64,000 nt of DNA from Elusimicrobiota bacterium. Lineage in GTDB: Bacteria > Elusimicrobiota > UBA8919. Where the stretch lies: contig JBBAAR010000002.1 of NCBI GenBank assembly GCA_041658185.1, positions 143-64,142 on the forward strand. Reading direction: 5' to 3'. Under the pieces are notes generated by a model, which did no database searches, was not told where the DNA came from, and saw only the letters and a program-made list of their open reading frames with translations. A program made the position numbers and the translations under genes. Of the stretch, positions 20,401 to 35,400 are shown piece after piece (position 1 is the first letter of the stretch; the number at the start of each line of letters is the position of its first letter).

Positions 20401-23400
20401 ATGCTACAAACTGGAAAGATTCGGCAAGTTGGCAATTCAGGTTTGATAACATCCCGCCCACATCTTCAATTGCCGCGCCTCCGGCACAATATAAGCCGCC
20501 GTCTACATTAGAAGGAAGATACAAGACACTACCGATAATTTCCGGATATTGTTCAGACCAACCTGCAGGCGTACAAACATTATATTTTACACTTACTGAT
20601 GGAACATCATACTATCAAAATGTAACCCTTGACTGGTTAACAACCGTATCAACCTGTACTGCAACATTATCCGGAAATGCAACCTACTGGCAGAGAGGGA
20701 CTGCAGGCTCACCAATTACAGGATATACAACCGATAAACAGTATGCATTAAAGGTCTGGGGTAAGGATGCCGTTGCTAATGAAAATTACAGCACATATTT
20801 TGCTTCTCTTACATTTATATATGATAGTCAGGGACCTGCTACGACCATAAGATATCCGGATACACCGAAATTAAAATCACTTGTAACAATTTCCGGAACC
20901 GCGAAAGAAACGGAAACAAATTATCCGGGGATTGTCAACAATGTCCGAATTGCAATAAAGGATTCAACACTTGGGAATGCTACCTATTACAACGGGGTTT
21001 ATTCTTCATCTAACTGCTGGGTTAATACGGGTGAACAGTGGATTGATGCCACCGGCGGCGGTGCACTACTTGTTGCACCATGGACTTACGGCTTTACCGT
21101 CAATTACGAGACCAATGTCTGGGTTGATAATCATGAATACATAGTTTATGCAAAATCATATGACGAGACAACGCAAAACGAGGGTTCTGCCGCCAGCGTT
21201 ACATTTACTTACGATAGAAGCGCACCGGTTTCTTCAACAACATTTTTTACGGACGGCAAATTCCTTCAGCCGTTTACAACGATTTCCGGAACTTGTGCGG
21301 AAGATACAAAAACGGATGGTGTCGGAATTTCGCTAAAAAAAGGTGCTCAATACTGGACAGGTTCCGGCGACACCTGGTCCGGAACTGAACAATGGCCGGC
21401 GGCTGCAACAGTGGGTTCTAATCCAAAGAGATTTAATATAAACTTTAATACTGACTGGTGGATAGATGGGCAATTGTATTACATAAAATCATGCTCAACC
21501 GATACCGCTTATAATGTTGAGACAACACCGATACAGAAATCATTCACGATTGATTCAACCACGCCTACGCTGACAACTATAAAACCGGCGGCAAATACAT
21601 ATTATCAAAAATCCTCACTTGTTACAATTTCCGGCACTTCCGTTGATTTGGCGGGGAGTAATGCCGGAAAATTCAACAATAATCCAATAAAGGTCTGCAT
21701 TAAGAATATTTCAGCCAACAAATACTGGGAAGACAACAATTGGAAGGACTGGGCAGCATTGACCAGCCAACCCCCGTGGCAGACAGCGTCATGGACATTT
21801 TATGATATTGCAGTAGCAACAGCCGGTTATTGGTCATATTCAGTGGCAGAATCTTCGTGGACATCAGGAAAGAACTACATGGTTTGGGTGGGAGTTAACG
21901 ACCAGGCGACAAATAAAGTTGATTACACGCAAGCCGACATTCAGGGTTCAAACGGCGGAATAACATTCTATTGTGATTCAGATGCTCCGGTAACAGATGT
22001 TCAAAATCCCGCTAATGCTTCAAATCTGAATAGTGATTCCGCACCTGCGTCTAAAATTTGGGGAAATTACCTTGAGCAACCGGGCTACAATCCGATTGCA
22101 TTTTATAATTCGGGTAACAGGGCTGTTGCTGTAAAAATAAAGAGAGAGCCGGCAATTGGCGGTAACGCATGGTGGGACACTTCTGATTGGACTGCACTTG
22201 AAACATGGAATGATAACAGTTCTGTTTGGGTTGATACCTGGACATATTCCTGGGGCGCGTCAAATATGACCAATTACTCAACATACTATATCTATCTACA
22301 AGCATATGATAACGCACTTCCATATCCGGGTAATTTGGAAACAACAGGCGGCACTGTAAAATCACAGTTTAAGTATGATATAACAAAGCCGACCTCATCC
22401 GTTTCGGTTCCGCCGACAGGAACACCGCATTATAAATCGCTTCTGACAATTTCCGGGTCTTCATATGATGATTTTTCCGGTATGAGTAAGGTGCGTGTTG
22501 AGGTTTATGATGTTGACGGTAATGTCTACTGGTCAACCGCCGGCTGGAAAGCGTCCGGCGAACTTTCTTCAACTTATTTTGATACGCAGGGTTTACAGCC
22601 GTGGACTACTTCCTGGGCAACAAATATCTGGACAAATCATCGTCAATACAGGGTGAAAACAAGGGCAAGGGATAACTCCCAAAACGATGAGGACGAAAAA
22701 GCGGCAAATACCAGATACTTTATCTATGATACTACCGCACCTGTTTCTTTTGTTGTGATGCCTTCAACAGTTCCAACGATGCCGCATGAATACAATACTA
22801 CCTCAATGCCGACAATTTCAGGAACCTGTTCCGATATGTTGCCCGGTTTGGTTGTCGGCGCATCAGTTGCATTTAGATTGACAGATGTTAATAATGCCGA
22901 CATTGCTAATGGTTGGTGGACTGGTTCTGCATGGACAGGCCCAAGCCCGTACTGGCTGAATACCCCTGAATTTACGGATATTGGCGGCGGTACTTATACA
23001 TGGAAAATAAATACAACTACCGCTACATGGAACAACGATACATGGTATCGCGTTTATGCGTTGGCGATTGATAAAGCGGGAAATATGGAAAACAACGGTT
23101 CTGCCGAGGACAATTTCCCGAACGGTTACTCCTGGTTCAAATACCGCGTACCCGAACCGGTTGCATATATCAATTTCCCGGGTACAAACAATCTGCATTA
23201 CCGCCTGGGGCAACTACCTTCTATTTCCGGTAATACTACCGAAGGGACTGATGATATTCAAATTCTGATTAGACGGGATACGCCGGGTGTTGGCGACCCG
23301 CCGGGTATTCATTACTGGAATGCACTAACTTCATCCTGGACAGTGACTGAAAAATGGAACTCCAACGAGGACGGAATACAATACCTGCCGCTTACAGTGG

Positions 23401-26400
23401 GCTGGAAATATGATATTGGTGATTCCACCTGGACTAACGGCGCCGCCTATACATTTTTGGCGAAGGCACATATACCGTCACCGGATATATGGCAGACCGT
23501 ACCGACGGAAAGAGCGGGTATCGTTTATGATACAACACTTCCGGCATCGTCAATAATAATTCCTGACAGCACTGTCGGATATTACAGGTCATCATTAGCA
23601 ATGCTTTCTGGCAATCACTCGGATGCCTCGCCGGGCCAGGTGACAAAAACAGAAATAGAACTGAAAAAAGAGGTTACACCCGATACTTGGTACTGGCTGG
23701 ATGTGAAATGGGCATCCGGTACCGCTATCACCGGCGGTAATGAATGGAGGCAGTACACTTCTTCGGATGCTACAAAATGGTATTATAATTCTTTGTCAAA
23801 TTCATGGACAACAAATCAAAAACACACATTGCGTTGCCGCTCCACCGACAAAGCGGGCAATATACAGACCAGTTTTGGTTCGGTTAATTTCTTTATTGAT
23901 GATTCTACTCCGACCGCTAAAATAGAAGGACCGGTCAACGGTCAGGTCCGTTCTTCAATTGCAACGATTTCCGGAACGGTTGATGACGGTGCGATATCCG
24001 GCTCAACATTAGACCAGCAACTCAAAGATGTCCGCATCCGTATAAAAAATGAATATGGTAACTGGTATGACGGCACTTCCTTCACTTTTCCGACTTCAAC
24101 ATTCGTCGTCTGCGGATTATCATATGGTTTAACACCTGCAACATTCACATTAACCGGTGTGCCTTGGACAAATGCGAAAAGATACACGATTTATCTTGAA
24201 GCGATGGACAAAGCAGGAAATATCAACGATACTTACGCTGTCGGCATCACTTCCGTGACAATTATTTCGGATATATCGCCGGCCGGGAATCCTTCATCAG
24301 TGGTTGGAAATCCCTATCCCGCGGAAGGTGTCTCATATTCAACACCGGTAGCGGGAGGCGACTTGCAATGGTCGGGCACCTGTTTAGACCCCAATCCGGG
24401 GAATAATGCAGGGATAGAAGGTTCCGTTCAGGGCGCGGTAAAAGCGCGGCTTCTGAAACTGACCTCACCGACAACTGACTACTGGAATGGTTCCGGGTGG
24501 CAGGTGTGGTATTCGTCCTATCCGTTTATAAACGGGCCGACTACGGATGCCGGCGGGAATAACTGGACATGGCTGTTCTCAGCCGGTGATACTGTTTCCG
24601 ATAAACAATATATTATCAATACTCAGGCACAGGATAAAGCATTGCCGTCAGCAAATATAGAAGGCAGCGGAGTCAGTTATTCCACAAGAACATTTATTAT
24701 TGATAACACGCCGCCGGTGTCGGCAAGATTTGAGCCGCAGAATAATACATTCAGAACTTCACTTGCCACGATTTCCGGCACAGTAAATTCTTATATTTCC
24801 GGAACTTACGGCGTCGGGATTGCTATACAAAAAAATTCTAACAACTGGTACTGGCAGTATGATACGACAAACTGGTATTCAACTGTAACCTGGCATACAA
24901 CAAATGTAACCGGCTCTACTTGGACATTTTCAAATGTTCCTACATTTGTTGATGGTCTTCAATATCACATAATTTCAATGTCAACAGATAATGCGAAGAA
25001 TGTTGAAGTCACAGGTGCTTCATCAACAACATTTACCTGCGATAAAACAAACCCATCCGTTTCAATATCTTCGCCTATTACCGACGGGAATTATAATTCT
25101 TCCTTTGCAACTATTTCCGGCGTTGCCGGTGATACGCTTTCCGGAATAAATAATGTCAAAATAAAAGTGAAAAATAATACTGATTCTAAGTGGTGGGACG
25201 GCGGTAAGTGGGATGCGATAATAGAGGGGAATGCTCCCTGGCTCGCATGCACTTATTCCGGAGGGAACTGGAATTATGACAGCATGTTATCAACCTGGGT
25301 CGCCAACAAACAATATCTTGTCAAAGCAAAAGCTACCGATGTTGCTACGAATGAGACAATAACTGCGGACAGATATTTCACTTTTGATACGCAGTCGCCG
25401 ATTTCTTCCTCAACCGCCATAACGCAATCGTATTACAACAATACGCTTGCTACACTTTCAGGCACCGCGAACGATGCAATTGCGACACCCAATTCAGGAC
25501 TTTCCGCAACCGGTGTAAAAATAAGAATCACAAATGTGTCTGCCGGTAAATATTATAACGGCGGAATTTCGTGGAATACGGATTCAACTAACTGGAGGGA
25601 TTCAGCATATTCGGCAATTGACGAAAAATGGACATTGGTTATTGATACGAATGCGTGGGAACAGGACGGCTTGCAGAATACATTTAAAGTTGAATCAAAG
25701 GCGATTGACAGGGCGGCGAACGAGGAGACCGTCGGATTAGGTCAGACCGACCAGTTTATTTATGATGTCTCCAAACCGACAACTACCGTTTTCAAACCGA
25801 TAAATAACGGCTACTACGGTAAGAATAATAATCTCCCGACAATTTCAGGGACCTGTTCGGATACGGGAAGCAGTGTTAATAAAGTTGAAATTGTTCTTAA
25901 AAATATTGACGGTTATTACTGGAACGGTCAGCAACAGCAATGGAAATTGGCGTCGTTGGGTATTGTTTGGTCAACAACTACTCTTACAAGTGATAAAACG
26001 ACCTGGTATGTAGAAGTTGCCACAACAAATTACGCCTCCGGTGTAAATTATTTGGTCTGGGCGCGGGTTTATGACAATGCGGGAAATATCAGCACATATG
26101 ACGACGGTTCAATAACGGGAAACTCCGGCGGGCATCAGTTCAAATGGGATACCGATAATCCGAACTCATATGTTAATTATATTTCCTCCGGGCAACCTAT
26201 CAATTTTAGACCTTCCCAGGTTTCAGGAACTTCATATGACGGACTAACAGGTTCTGAAGTTTCCTCAATAATGATAAGAATTCAACGTAAACCGGAGGAG
26301 ACCTGGTGGTATGGAGGCAGTTGGCAAGCCAATGAGCAATGGTATTATAGTGTTACTAATATGGCGTGGTATTTTACAACTCCCGTTGGTTTGTGGGAAG

Positions 26401-29400
26401 ATAACCATCAATATACTATATGGACAAGGGCAGCAGATAATTCCGGAAATGAAGAGGGAAACGGGACAGGCAATGCAAATACCAGCCGTGCATCCGTATT
26501 TATAGTGGACTTTTCATCACCGACTACGACAATTACGGCGCCCGGACAGGCATATTACAAAGACCTTTCAACTTTATCCGGCGGTTCATCAGACCCGAAT
26601 ACTTTTGCTTCCGGCGTCAAAGGTGTTGATGTTTCAATTCATGACGGAACAAAATACTTCAACGGAACAACATGGGTGACAGGTTCCGAAACATACATTA
26701 AGGCGTCAACGCCGACTACCACGACATGGGAATATGTGATTAACACATCAACATGGACGGACAACGTTACATATTACATAAAGACAAAAAGTTATGATTT
26801 TGCAACAAATACCCAGACGGTTGCGACTGCCTATCAATTTTTAGTAGACCGCTCATCGCCGACCGCATACATTACAAATCCGCCGGATGGCACGGAAGGA
26901 CTTGAACAACTTCCGACCATTTCCGGGACATGCAATGATACTTTACCCGGCGAGATTGACAAAGTTGCAATTTATGTGAAAGGGTTAGGGGTAACGAACC
27001 CGTATCTAAATCTTTTCTGGGGAAAACACGGCGATGAGGTTTGGGAATGGGGAATATCTGAAGATATTTGGACGACTACATCAACGCTTACGACCTGGCA
27101 GTGGCCCTCAAATGTTTCATGGGCATCCTCAATGCAACAGTATGAAATCGGGGTAAAGCCGGTTGATAAAGCGGGGAACGGGACTTATCGGGTTGATGTT
27201 ACCACATTTACAATAGGCCCGCCGGCACCATGGACTATTATTCAGGGATTGACCGCAAACGGCTCCTATTCATCTCTTACCATTATTTCAGGAACAAGCG
27301 GGAATTGTACGGAATCGCCCGGCTGGGTCGGGCTTGGTATAAAACGGCTTTCTGGTATCAATGACCAGCGGTGGAATGGTTCTGCGATATCACCATTCTG
27401 GCAGGTGACTGGCTCTTCATGGATAGCGACTTCAAATGTCCCCGCCTGGCAGATAAATATGCCTTTAATGTTTGTTTCTTATTCATCATATACCGTTCAA
27501 TCAAACGGTAAAAACCCGCAGAATGTTACGGAAGAAGGGCTCGGCTTTCCGTCGCCGAATGTCACATACACGATTTACTATGATACATTTGCGCCGGTAT
27601 CTACGGTTTTGGAACCGAACTCAAGTTATGAAAAATGGCTTGATACTATTTCCGGAACCGCTTTGGACGGTATAGGTGCGGGCGTCAATAATGTTGACTC
27701 CAGAATTATATGGACATCCTCAACGACTGCCGAGTCGGTAAATCCCAACTGGAATTCGTCTTTACAGAAATGGACGACGAATACTTTCTGGATTACGCAG
27801 GATTTCTCGTCGCCTCCAAACTGGCAATTTACGCTCACTTACCCGACGAATGTCTGGGCAAACGGCGGCGAGTATAAAGTTGTCCCGCGGTCAACCGGCA
27901 AAGAAATCCCCGCGCTTGTTGAAAGCGGCAATGCGGGTTATACTTTCAAATACGATATTTCCACCCCGACTGCGAAGATAGAACTGCCGGTTAATGATAA
28001 AACATATACATCAATCCCGACGATTTCGGGCACTTTATCAGATACGCCTTGGGGCAATTCAGCGGTCTCGGAAATAGCGGTTGCCGTCTATAACCATGTT
28101 CTCGGAAAATGGCTTACGCCCGGCGGTGCTTTCAACCTGAACTCCGCAAACTTCTTCACAAACGGCGTCAATTTTGTAACAAATGTTGTCCCGTCAACAT
28201 GGACTTATACGGTTGCCGGGACATTCACACCCGCGAATAATGTCAAATATACCGTTTGTGTTAGGGCGAAGGATATCGCCGGAAATGAGATGAATAATTT
28301 TGTACTCGGCACATCTTCAAATACATTTATTTATGATACCGCTAAGCCGGAATCTGCTGTTGTCAATCCCGGTGAGGGCGATAAACGGAACTCAACAACA
28401 CTTGGAACAATTTCAGGCACTACTTACGACCCCGGCACATATTTTGCCGAGGTTTCATCAGTTACAATTATGATAAGAAATACTGATGACGGAACATACT
28501 GGACGGGTTCAGGATGGGCACAGTGGTATTCAACATATCCTTATATTGCAGGTGTTGATACGGAAACGATTACTGCGCAAACACTGAAATGGAGTTATGA
28601 AGATATTATTCCGAGCGATTTAACATCCGATAAAAATTATGCGGTCAATATTATGGCGTTTGATAAAGCGCTGCCGGATTCAAACGATGAAAATGTTGTT
28701 TTAACAAGAACTTTTGTCTACGATGCCACGCCACCAACTGCATCACTTACAAAACCGCCACAGCCGAATTTATCATACATAAAAGAACTTTTAACGATTT
28801 CAGGGAATGCTAACGGCGACCTTGCAGGACTTAAAGCGGTGCGTCTGACTATAAAATGTCTATCTGGCAGCGAACCCGCGTTAGACGACTACTGGCAGGG
28901 CGGCGGCGGCGGTTGGCAGGCGTATAATTCAACGGCGTCCTGGAATACGGCGTCAACGGCAAACGATTGGACATATACGGCGGTGCCAAGTTGGGAAAGC
29001 GGCGCGAAATATGAACTGGAACTGAAAACGACCGACTATGCAAATAATGTCCAGACGGTTATAGCAACTACGACATTTTTGTTTGATGACACCGTGCCGA
29101 CATTATCAGTTTCAGCGCCTTCAAATGACGGCAATTACGGTCCTCAAAATCAACTTTTGACATTAAACGGAAATTGCAACGACCCGGTCGGCGCAGGCGG
29201 TTCGGCATCCGGATTAAATAAAGTCACTTTGATATTAAAAGACACAACGCAGTCAACGACATATTACAACTGGGCAACGCAGGTTTGGGAGAATGCTCCG
29301 ACACTAACAGTTAATCACTCTACTAATACGACACCTTCTGCGGGTGCCTGGTCAATAACAAAAACGCTTGGAAACTGGGGTTGGGCGACTGCAAAACGAT

Positions 29401-32400
29401 ATGAATTAAAAGCATGGTCAACCGATAACGCCGGCTGCGTTTCATCAACATCAACCTATCAGTTTGATTACGACGACCAGCCGCCGGTTTCAATAATCCA
29501 AACACCCAACCAATCGCATCACAACAATTCACTTTCTCAACTTTCAGGGACAGCGTCTGATACGGGCGCTTCGGAATTTTCAACGATGAAAATTATGGTG
29601 AAGTGGGACGACCAGACGAAATACTGGCAGGGTTCTGATTGGGGCGCTTCTGCTGTCTGGGTAAATGCAACAGGTGTTGCACCGTGGACTTATTCAATAC
29701 CCGTTTCATCATATACGGACAATAATTATTATGTCGTTTATTCGTCCGGGATAGATGACTCACAAAACTATCAGACCGTTATTTCTTCCTACGGTTTTTA
29801 CTATGATATAAAACATTCAACGACAATTTTGACAATGCCTAACAGGTATCAGGGAACCGTTTTACAATACCAGCCGTTTGCAACTATTTCAGGCACATCT
29901 TTTGATGAAAATTCAAATGCATCCGGCGTTCAGGTTACAAAAATTGCCGCCTATAATTACAACGATACAAAATTCTGGAACGGTTCTGCGTGGACGGCTT
30001 CTACGCATTGCTGGACGACGGCGACATCTCTTACGCCCGGAAACACAATCTGGCAGTTTGTTAAACCGTGGACATGGTCGGAAATACAGTACGATGTGTA
30101 TTCGCAGGTGATTGATAACGCCGGAAATGTTTCTTCCCATATATCAACTTCAACATTTAAGATTGATTCATCTTCGCCGACATCTATAGTTACATTGCCG
30201 GTAACTGCTACAGCGCGTACGGCAGCGCCTGCCGGCCCGGTTACGATTTCAGGGACTTCCAGCGATGTTAACGGCGATGTCAATGTTATCAAGGTCTACA
30301 TAAAACGGATGTCGGGTGCGCCGAAATGGTGGAATCCGTCCGGCGGCGATTTTGATTTGAATAATGAGAATGTTCCGCCGATAAGTGCTTCCGGTGCTGC
30401 TCCGTGGACTTATACACATGTCGCATTCATAGAAAGTAAGTTCACGACCGGTGCAACCTACTGGGCATATTCTTCTGCATGGGACAATGCGGGTAATCAG
30501 GAAACACTGCCCGGCGGAGCGTCGTCATATTTTATCTGGGATGTAACCCCGCCGACATCAACCGTGACGAATACAAATATATTAAGCGGTTATGCGAATT
30601 CATTAGCGACGATAAGCGGCTCAGCGGAAGATGTAACGCCGACGACACCAGCCGGCGCCCAGAAATCAGACGGGATAAGCAATGTGCAGATACAGGTATC
30701 ATCATATACCGGAAGCGGATGGTCTGAAGTAACTAACTGGATAGATAAGAGTGGAATAGGAGTAAAATCAGGTACTCAAATCTCTACCTTTACCTATACT
30801 ACTTTACCCGCGCATACAATATCCGGCAAGAGATATTTAATAAAGACAAGAGCGAACGATAACGCACTTCCTTCAACCGGCAACGCCGAAAACGGCGATG
30901 TCAAAACCGGCTATACGATCGTGTATGATACCAATCCGCCTGTCAGCGGAATTTCGTATCCTTCCGCGGGCGGTAATTACGGGCCGCAGAAGAATTTAGC
31001 GACGATGTCAGGTGCGGTATCTGACAAGCCGGATGCATCGGGCAGTGTATTTAACACCGGAATATCAACGGTTCAGGTTAGGATATATGGCTATACAGAA
31101 GGTCAGTATTACAACGGGACGGCATTTTCGGGTAGCGGGACATTTTGGCGGTCTTGTGAGGTTTCAGCCGGTGTCTGGAATTATCCGGGCAATGCGGGCG
31201 ATGGTGTGCCGCCGTTTTCAGACGGACAGTATCAGTTGGAAGTAAGGGCACAGGACGGAGCGCAGAATTACGAGTCAGCGATAACGACGATAACGGTTAA
31301 ATATGACACGATGGTGCCTACATCAACTATAACGATGCCGTATCTTGGCTGGCACAGTAATTTTGCTACAATAAGCGGAACGGCGATAGATACAGGTGTA
31401 GGTGCGGCTAAGGCGGATGTGCAAAAGGTGGAGATCTCGCTCCAGCGGGACCCCGATACCGGCGGGAACTACTGGGACGGCGGCGGCTTCAACAATCCCG
31501 GCGAGACACCGCTAACAACGACTAAGACGGATATCGGCGGCGGTATCTGGAAATGGACTTATGCGACGGTGCCCGACTGGACAACATATAACGGCATCAA
31601 GATGAAAGTGAAAAGCAAGAGTTATGACAATTCAAATAATGTTGAGACGCCGGGATTATTACAGCAAGCGACATTTTATGTTGATGTATCAACACCGACG
31701 GTCAACATATTAAGTCCGGTGGTAAATATATCAACGATTTCTACATTAACAACGATATCCGGCACAGCGAATGATACACCGGCGACAGGTCAGATAAATG
31801 ATGTCAAAATCCGTATTTACAGGTTTATAGATGAGAAATACTGGAGCGGCAGCACATTTAATATAGACAAGACACTTTCTGAGACCGCGTGGTTTATTCC
31901 CGTGACAACAAATTCAGCCGGGAGCGAGTGGAAGCATCCGTTTAATTCTACCGACTGGAACAATGGGTATCTGTACAGGATAGAGGCGAAGGTGAACGAC
32001 AGAGCGGGCAACTATCAGACAAACTATTCAACGCGTGAGTTCAGGATTGACTATTCTTCACCGACAAGCAAGGTGGAGTTGCCCGTTCATAGTTCGGTTA
32101 TTTCACAATACACAAAGATAACGGGCACAGCGTCGGATACCGGCGGGTTAAAGAGCGTAAATATATCGGTGGTTCGGCTGGATACAAACAAATACTGGGA
32201 GTCGGCAGTCCAGAAATGGAATCAGAACACGACTTACTGGATAGAGGTAACGCCCGTAAGCGGCTGGACGAGTTGGGAGTTTCCAAATACACAGATAACC
32301 CAGTCGGACTTAACCAACGGAGTAAGTTACTGGGTGACGACGATTTCTACGGATGTGTCGCAGCCGCCGTTAGTAGAAGTTCCTTCATCTGCCCGTGGTT

Positions 32401-35400
32401 CGTATTTTATCTTTGACACGACACCGCCGGTGAGTGATGTATTAAGTCATATTAATGGCGGGAAATACAATTCAATAAGTACGATAAGTGGTACCTGTAA
32501 TGACGTCCAGCCGAACACACCTTCCGGTGCTGTGTATTCAAATACAATTTCATCGGTTCAAATATCATTACAGAATTTTTCACTTGGGACAACATACTGG
32601 AACGGCAGTAATTGGATTGAAAGCGTTTTCTGGAACTGGTCAAGCAACTTCGTTGCCGGCAACTCAACCTGGACATATACGGGAATAACCAACGGCGATT
32701 TTCGTTCGGGCTATAAATACAAAATAAAGACGCGGAGTTATGACGGCGCGATTCCTAATAATGTGCAGTCGGTGTTAAACGAATACACGATAATTTATGA
32801 CACCCATCCGGCAGATACGGCGCTCACACTTCCTGTTGAGGCGGATAATTACGGAGGCCCTAACAAGACGGTATCAACAATAACGGTTACATCGGTTGAC
32901 TATCCGACGACTGTTGGAACTGTGATATATAACTCATCAACATCAATAGTCGCTGTCCGTGTATCTTCCGGGACAACCGGCGCCGATTACTGGACCGGCA
33001 GTGCCTGGGGCGGCGGCTCAGGTAACTGGCTTTCCACTACATATGACGGCAGTGATAACAAGTGGAAATTATATTATTCGTCTTTACCTGTTTGGGGTAA
33101 TCATTCAACATACAAAGTGGAGACAAAAGCGACCGATAATGCGGGCAATGTAGAAATATCTTATGCCACGTCAACATTCAAATATGACACAGTAAATCCT
33201 ACATCAACGGTATCAATTCCGTATAGTAGTTTCCACAGGTCAATAACAATATCAACCGGGACCTGCGCCGACAGTTGGTCAGATATAGAGAAGGTGTATG
33301 TTCAGATATCAAGCATAACCGGCGGGACTGCATACTGGCTTGATTCAGCGAATAACTGGTCCGGTACTGATAATAATAGCTGGCTTGATGCAACTATCAG
33401 CGGTTCTAACTGGACTATTTATTCGTCATCAATGCCTAATGACGGCAGTTGGGATAGCGGCCCGCAATTCACAATTAAAAGTAAGGCGAAGGATAAATCA
33501 AACAATGAGCAAAGCCCTGTTGCGAGCCGGAGTTTTGTAATTGACTCATCAACGCCGACGGTAGAGATAGTAACGCCTGCAAACGGGGTAACCTCAACGT
33601 TACCGGTGATATCCGGAACGGCGAATGACACGCCGTCAACAGGGCATATTAAGGATGTGAAGATAAGGATATTCCGTCAGACGCTAACCGGCGGACCGAG
33701 CAACAAATACTGGAATTGGGGTGAAAGTATTTTTGATAATACAGCCGCCGAGGATGCATGGTTTATACCGTCGTCAACAAACTCTGCCGGCACCGCGTGG
33801 AGCCATCCGTTTACTAATTGGACAACATCATCAACATACCGTATAGAAGCAAAAGTTGACGACCAGTCCGGCAATTATCAGTTATCATACAGCACGAGGA
33901 CATTCACGTTTGACGATTCATCGCCGGAAAGCAAGGTAATTCTACCCGCGAATAGCAGTGTGCTCTCTCAATTAACAAGTATTTCAGGAACTGCATATGA
34001 TGCCTCGGGACTAACCAATGTGCGGGTAGCGATACAACAATTATCAGACAAGAAATACTGGGTGGACCCGACAGACAGGTTTGCTCAAACCACTACGAAT
34101 TATATTTTAGTGACCCCGGACAACGGATATTTCAACTGGAAATATACAACACTGACAAGCGCTTATTTAACCAACGGGACAAGTTACTGGGTGACAAGCA
34201 TTTCTTCCGACACCTCAAATCCGCAGTTAGTGGAAATACCGTCTGGTGCTCGCGGCTCATATTTTGTGTATGATACGACAGCACCGACATCTAATATATT
34301 ATCGTTGGTAGATACGAAGTCGTATTCGGCGATAACATTATCAAGCGGGAGTTGTTCTGATGTTCAGCCGACACCTTTACCGCCGGGTGCTGCGTATTCA
34401 AACATAATATCGTCGGTGGAAATATCAATACGGAATTTTTCATTAGGGACAACATACTGGAACGGGACAAGTTGGCAGGAAAGTGTTGTATGGTCATCGG
34501 CGACTAATTATGCAGCCGATAAAAGCACGTGGACATATAATAATATGACAAATGCGTTCAAGAGCGGTTGGCAATACAAATTCAAAACGAGGGGCTATGA
34601 CGGTGCGTTGCCGAACAATATCCAGACGGTATTTAATGAATACACGGTTGTATTTGACACCCATCCGCCGACATCAACGGTGGATTATCCGTCATCTGCA
34701 AATCCGAACTATGGACCCAACAGAGCGTTATCGTCAATATCCGGCACCAGCGACGACCTGTTATCAACGCCTAACAATGCGGGAGTGAACAAAGTTCAGG
34801 TGAGAATATCATCTTCAACGCAGTATTGGAACGGAACGACTTGGGACTTTTCATCAAGCAATTGGCTCGCCGCCACAGGAGTTGCAGAGTTCGTATATTC
34901 ATCAACGCCTGTGTGGGAAAACGGCGGGACATACACGGTAGAATCAAAAGCGATAGATAATGTAATACCTTCCGGAAATGTCCAGGCAGCATATTCAACT
35001 ATAAATTTCAAATACGACAACGTTAAGCCGGTATCACAGGTAACGGAGCCGAACAGCCAGTTTGAGAAAGACATAACGACAATATCCGGTAATGCGTCGG
35101 ATAGTTTCTCTACAGTTGAAAATGTTTCTGTGCGGGTTTCCTCATATACATCCGGCGGATATGTAGTCCAGCAGAACTGGACAGTTGCGCAGGCGTCAAC
35201 CAGTTGGACATATCCGTATTCAACATGGGTTAATGGCGTGAAATACAAAGTAGAGTCGCAGGCGAAAGACCGCTCGCAGAACTTACAGACCACACCGAAC
35301 AGTTATGAATTTACTTACGATATATCCGTTCCGACGGTAACAGTTGTTACGCCGAATAACGGTGCGTTAAATCCTTCAGGACTTACATCAATATCCGGGA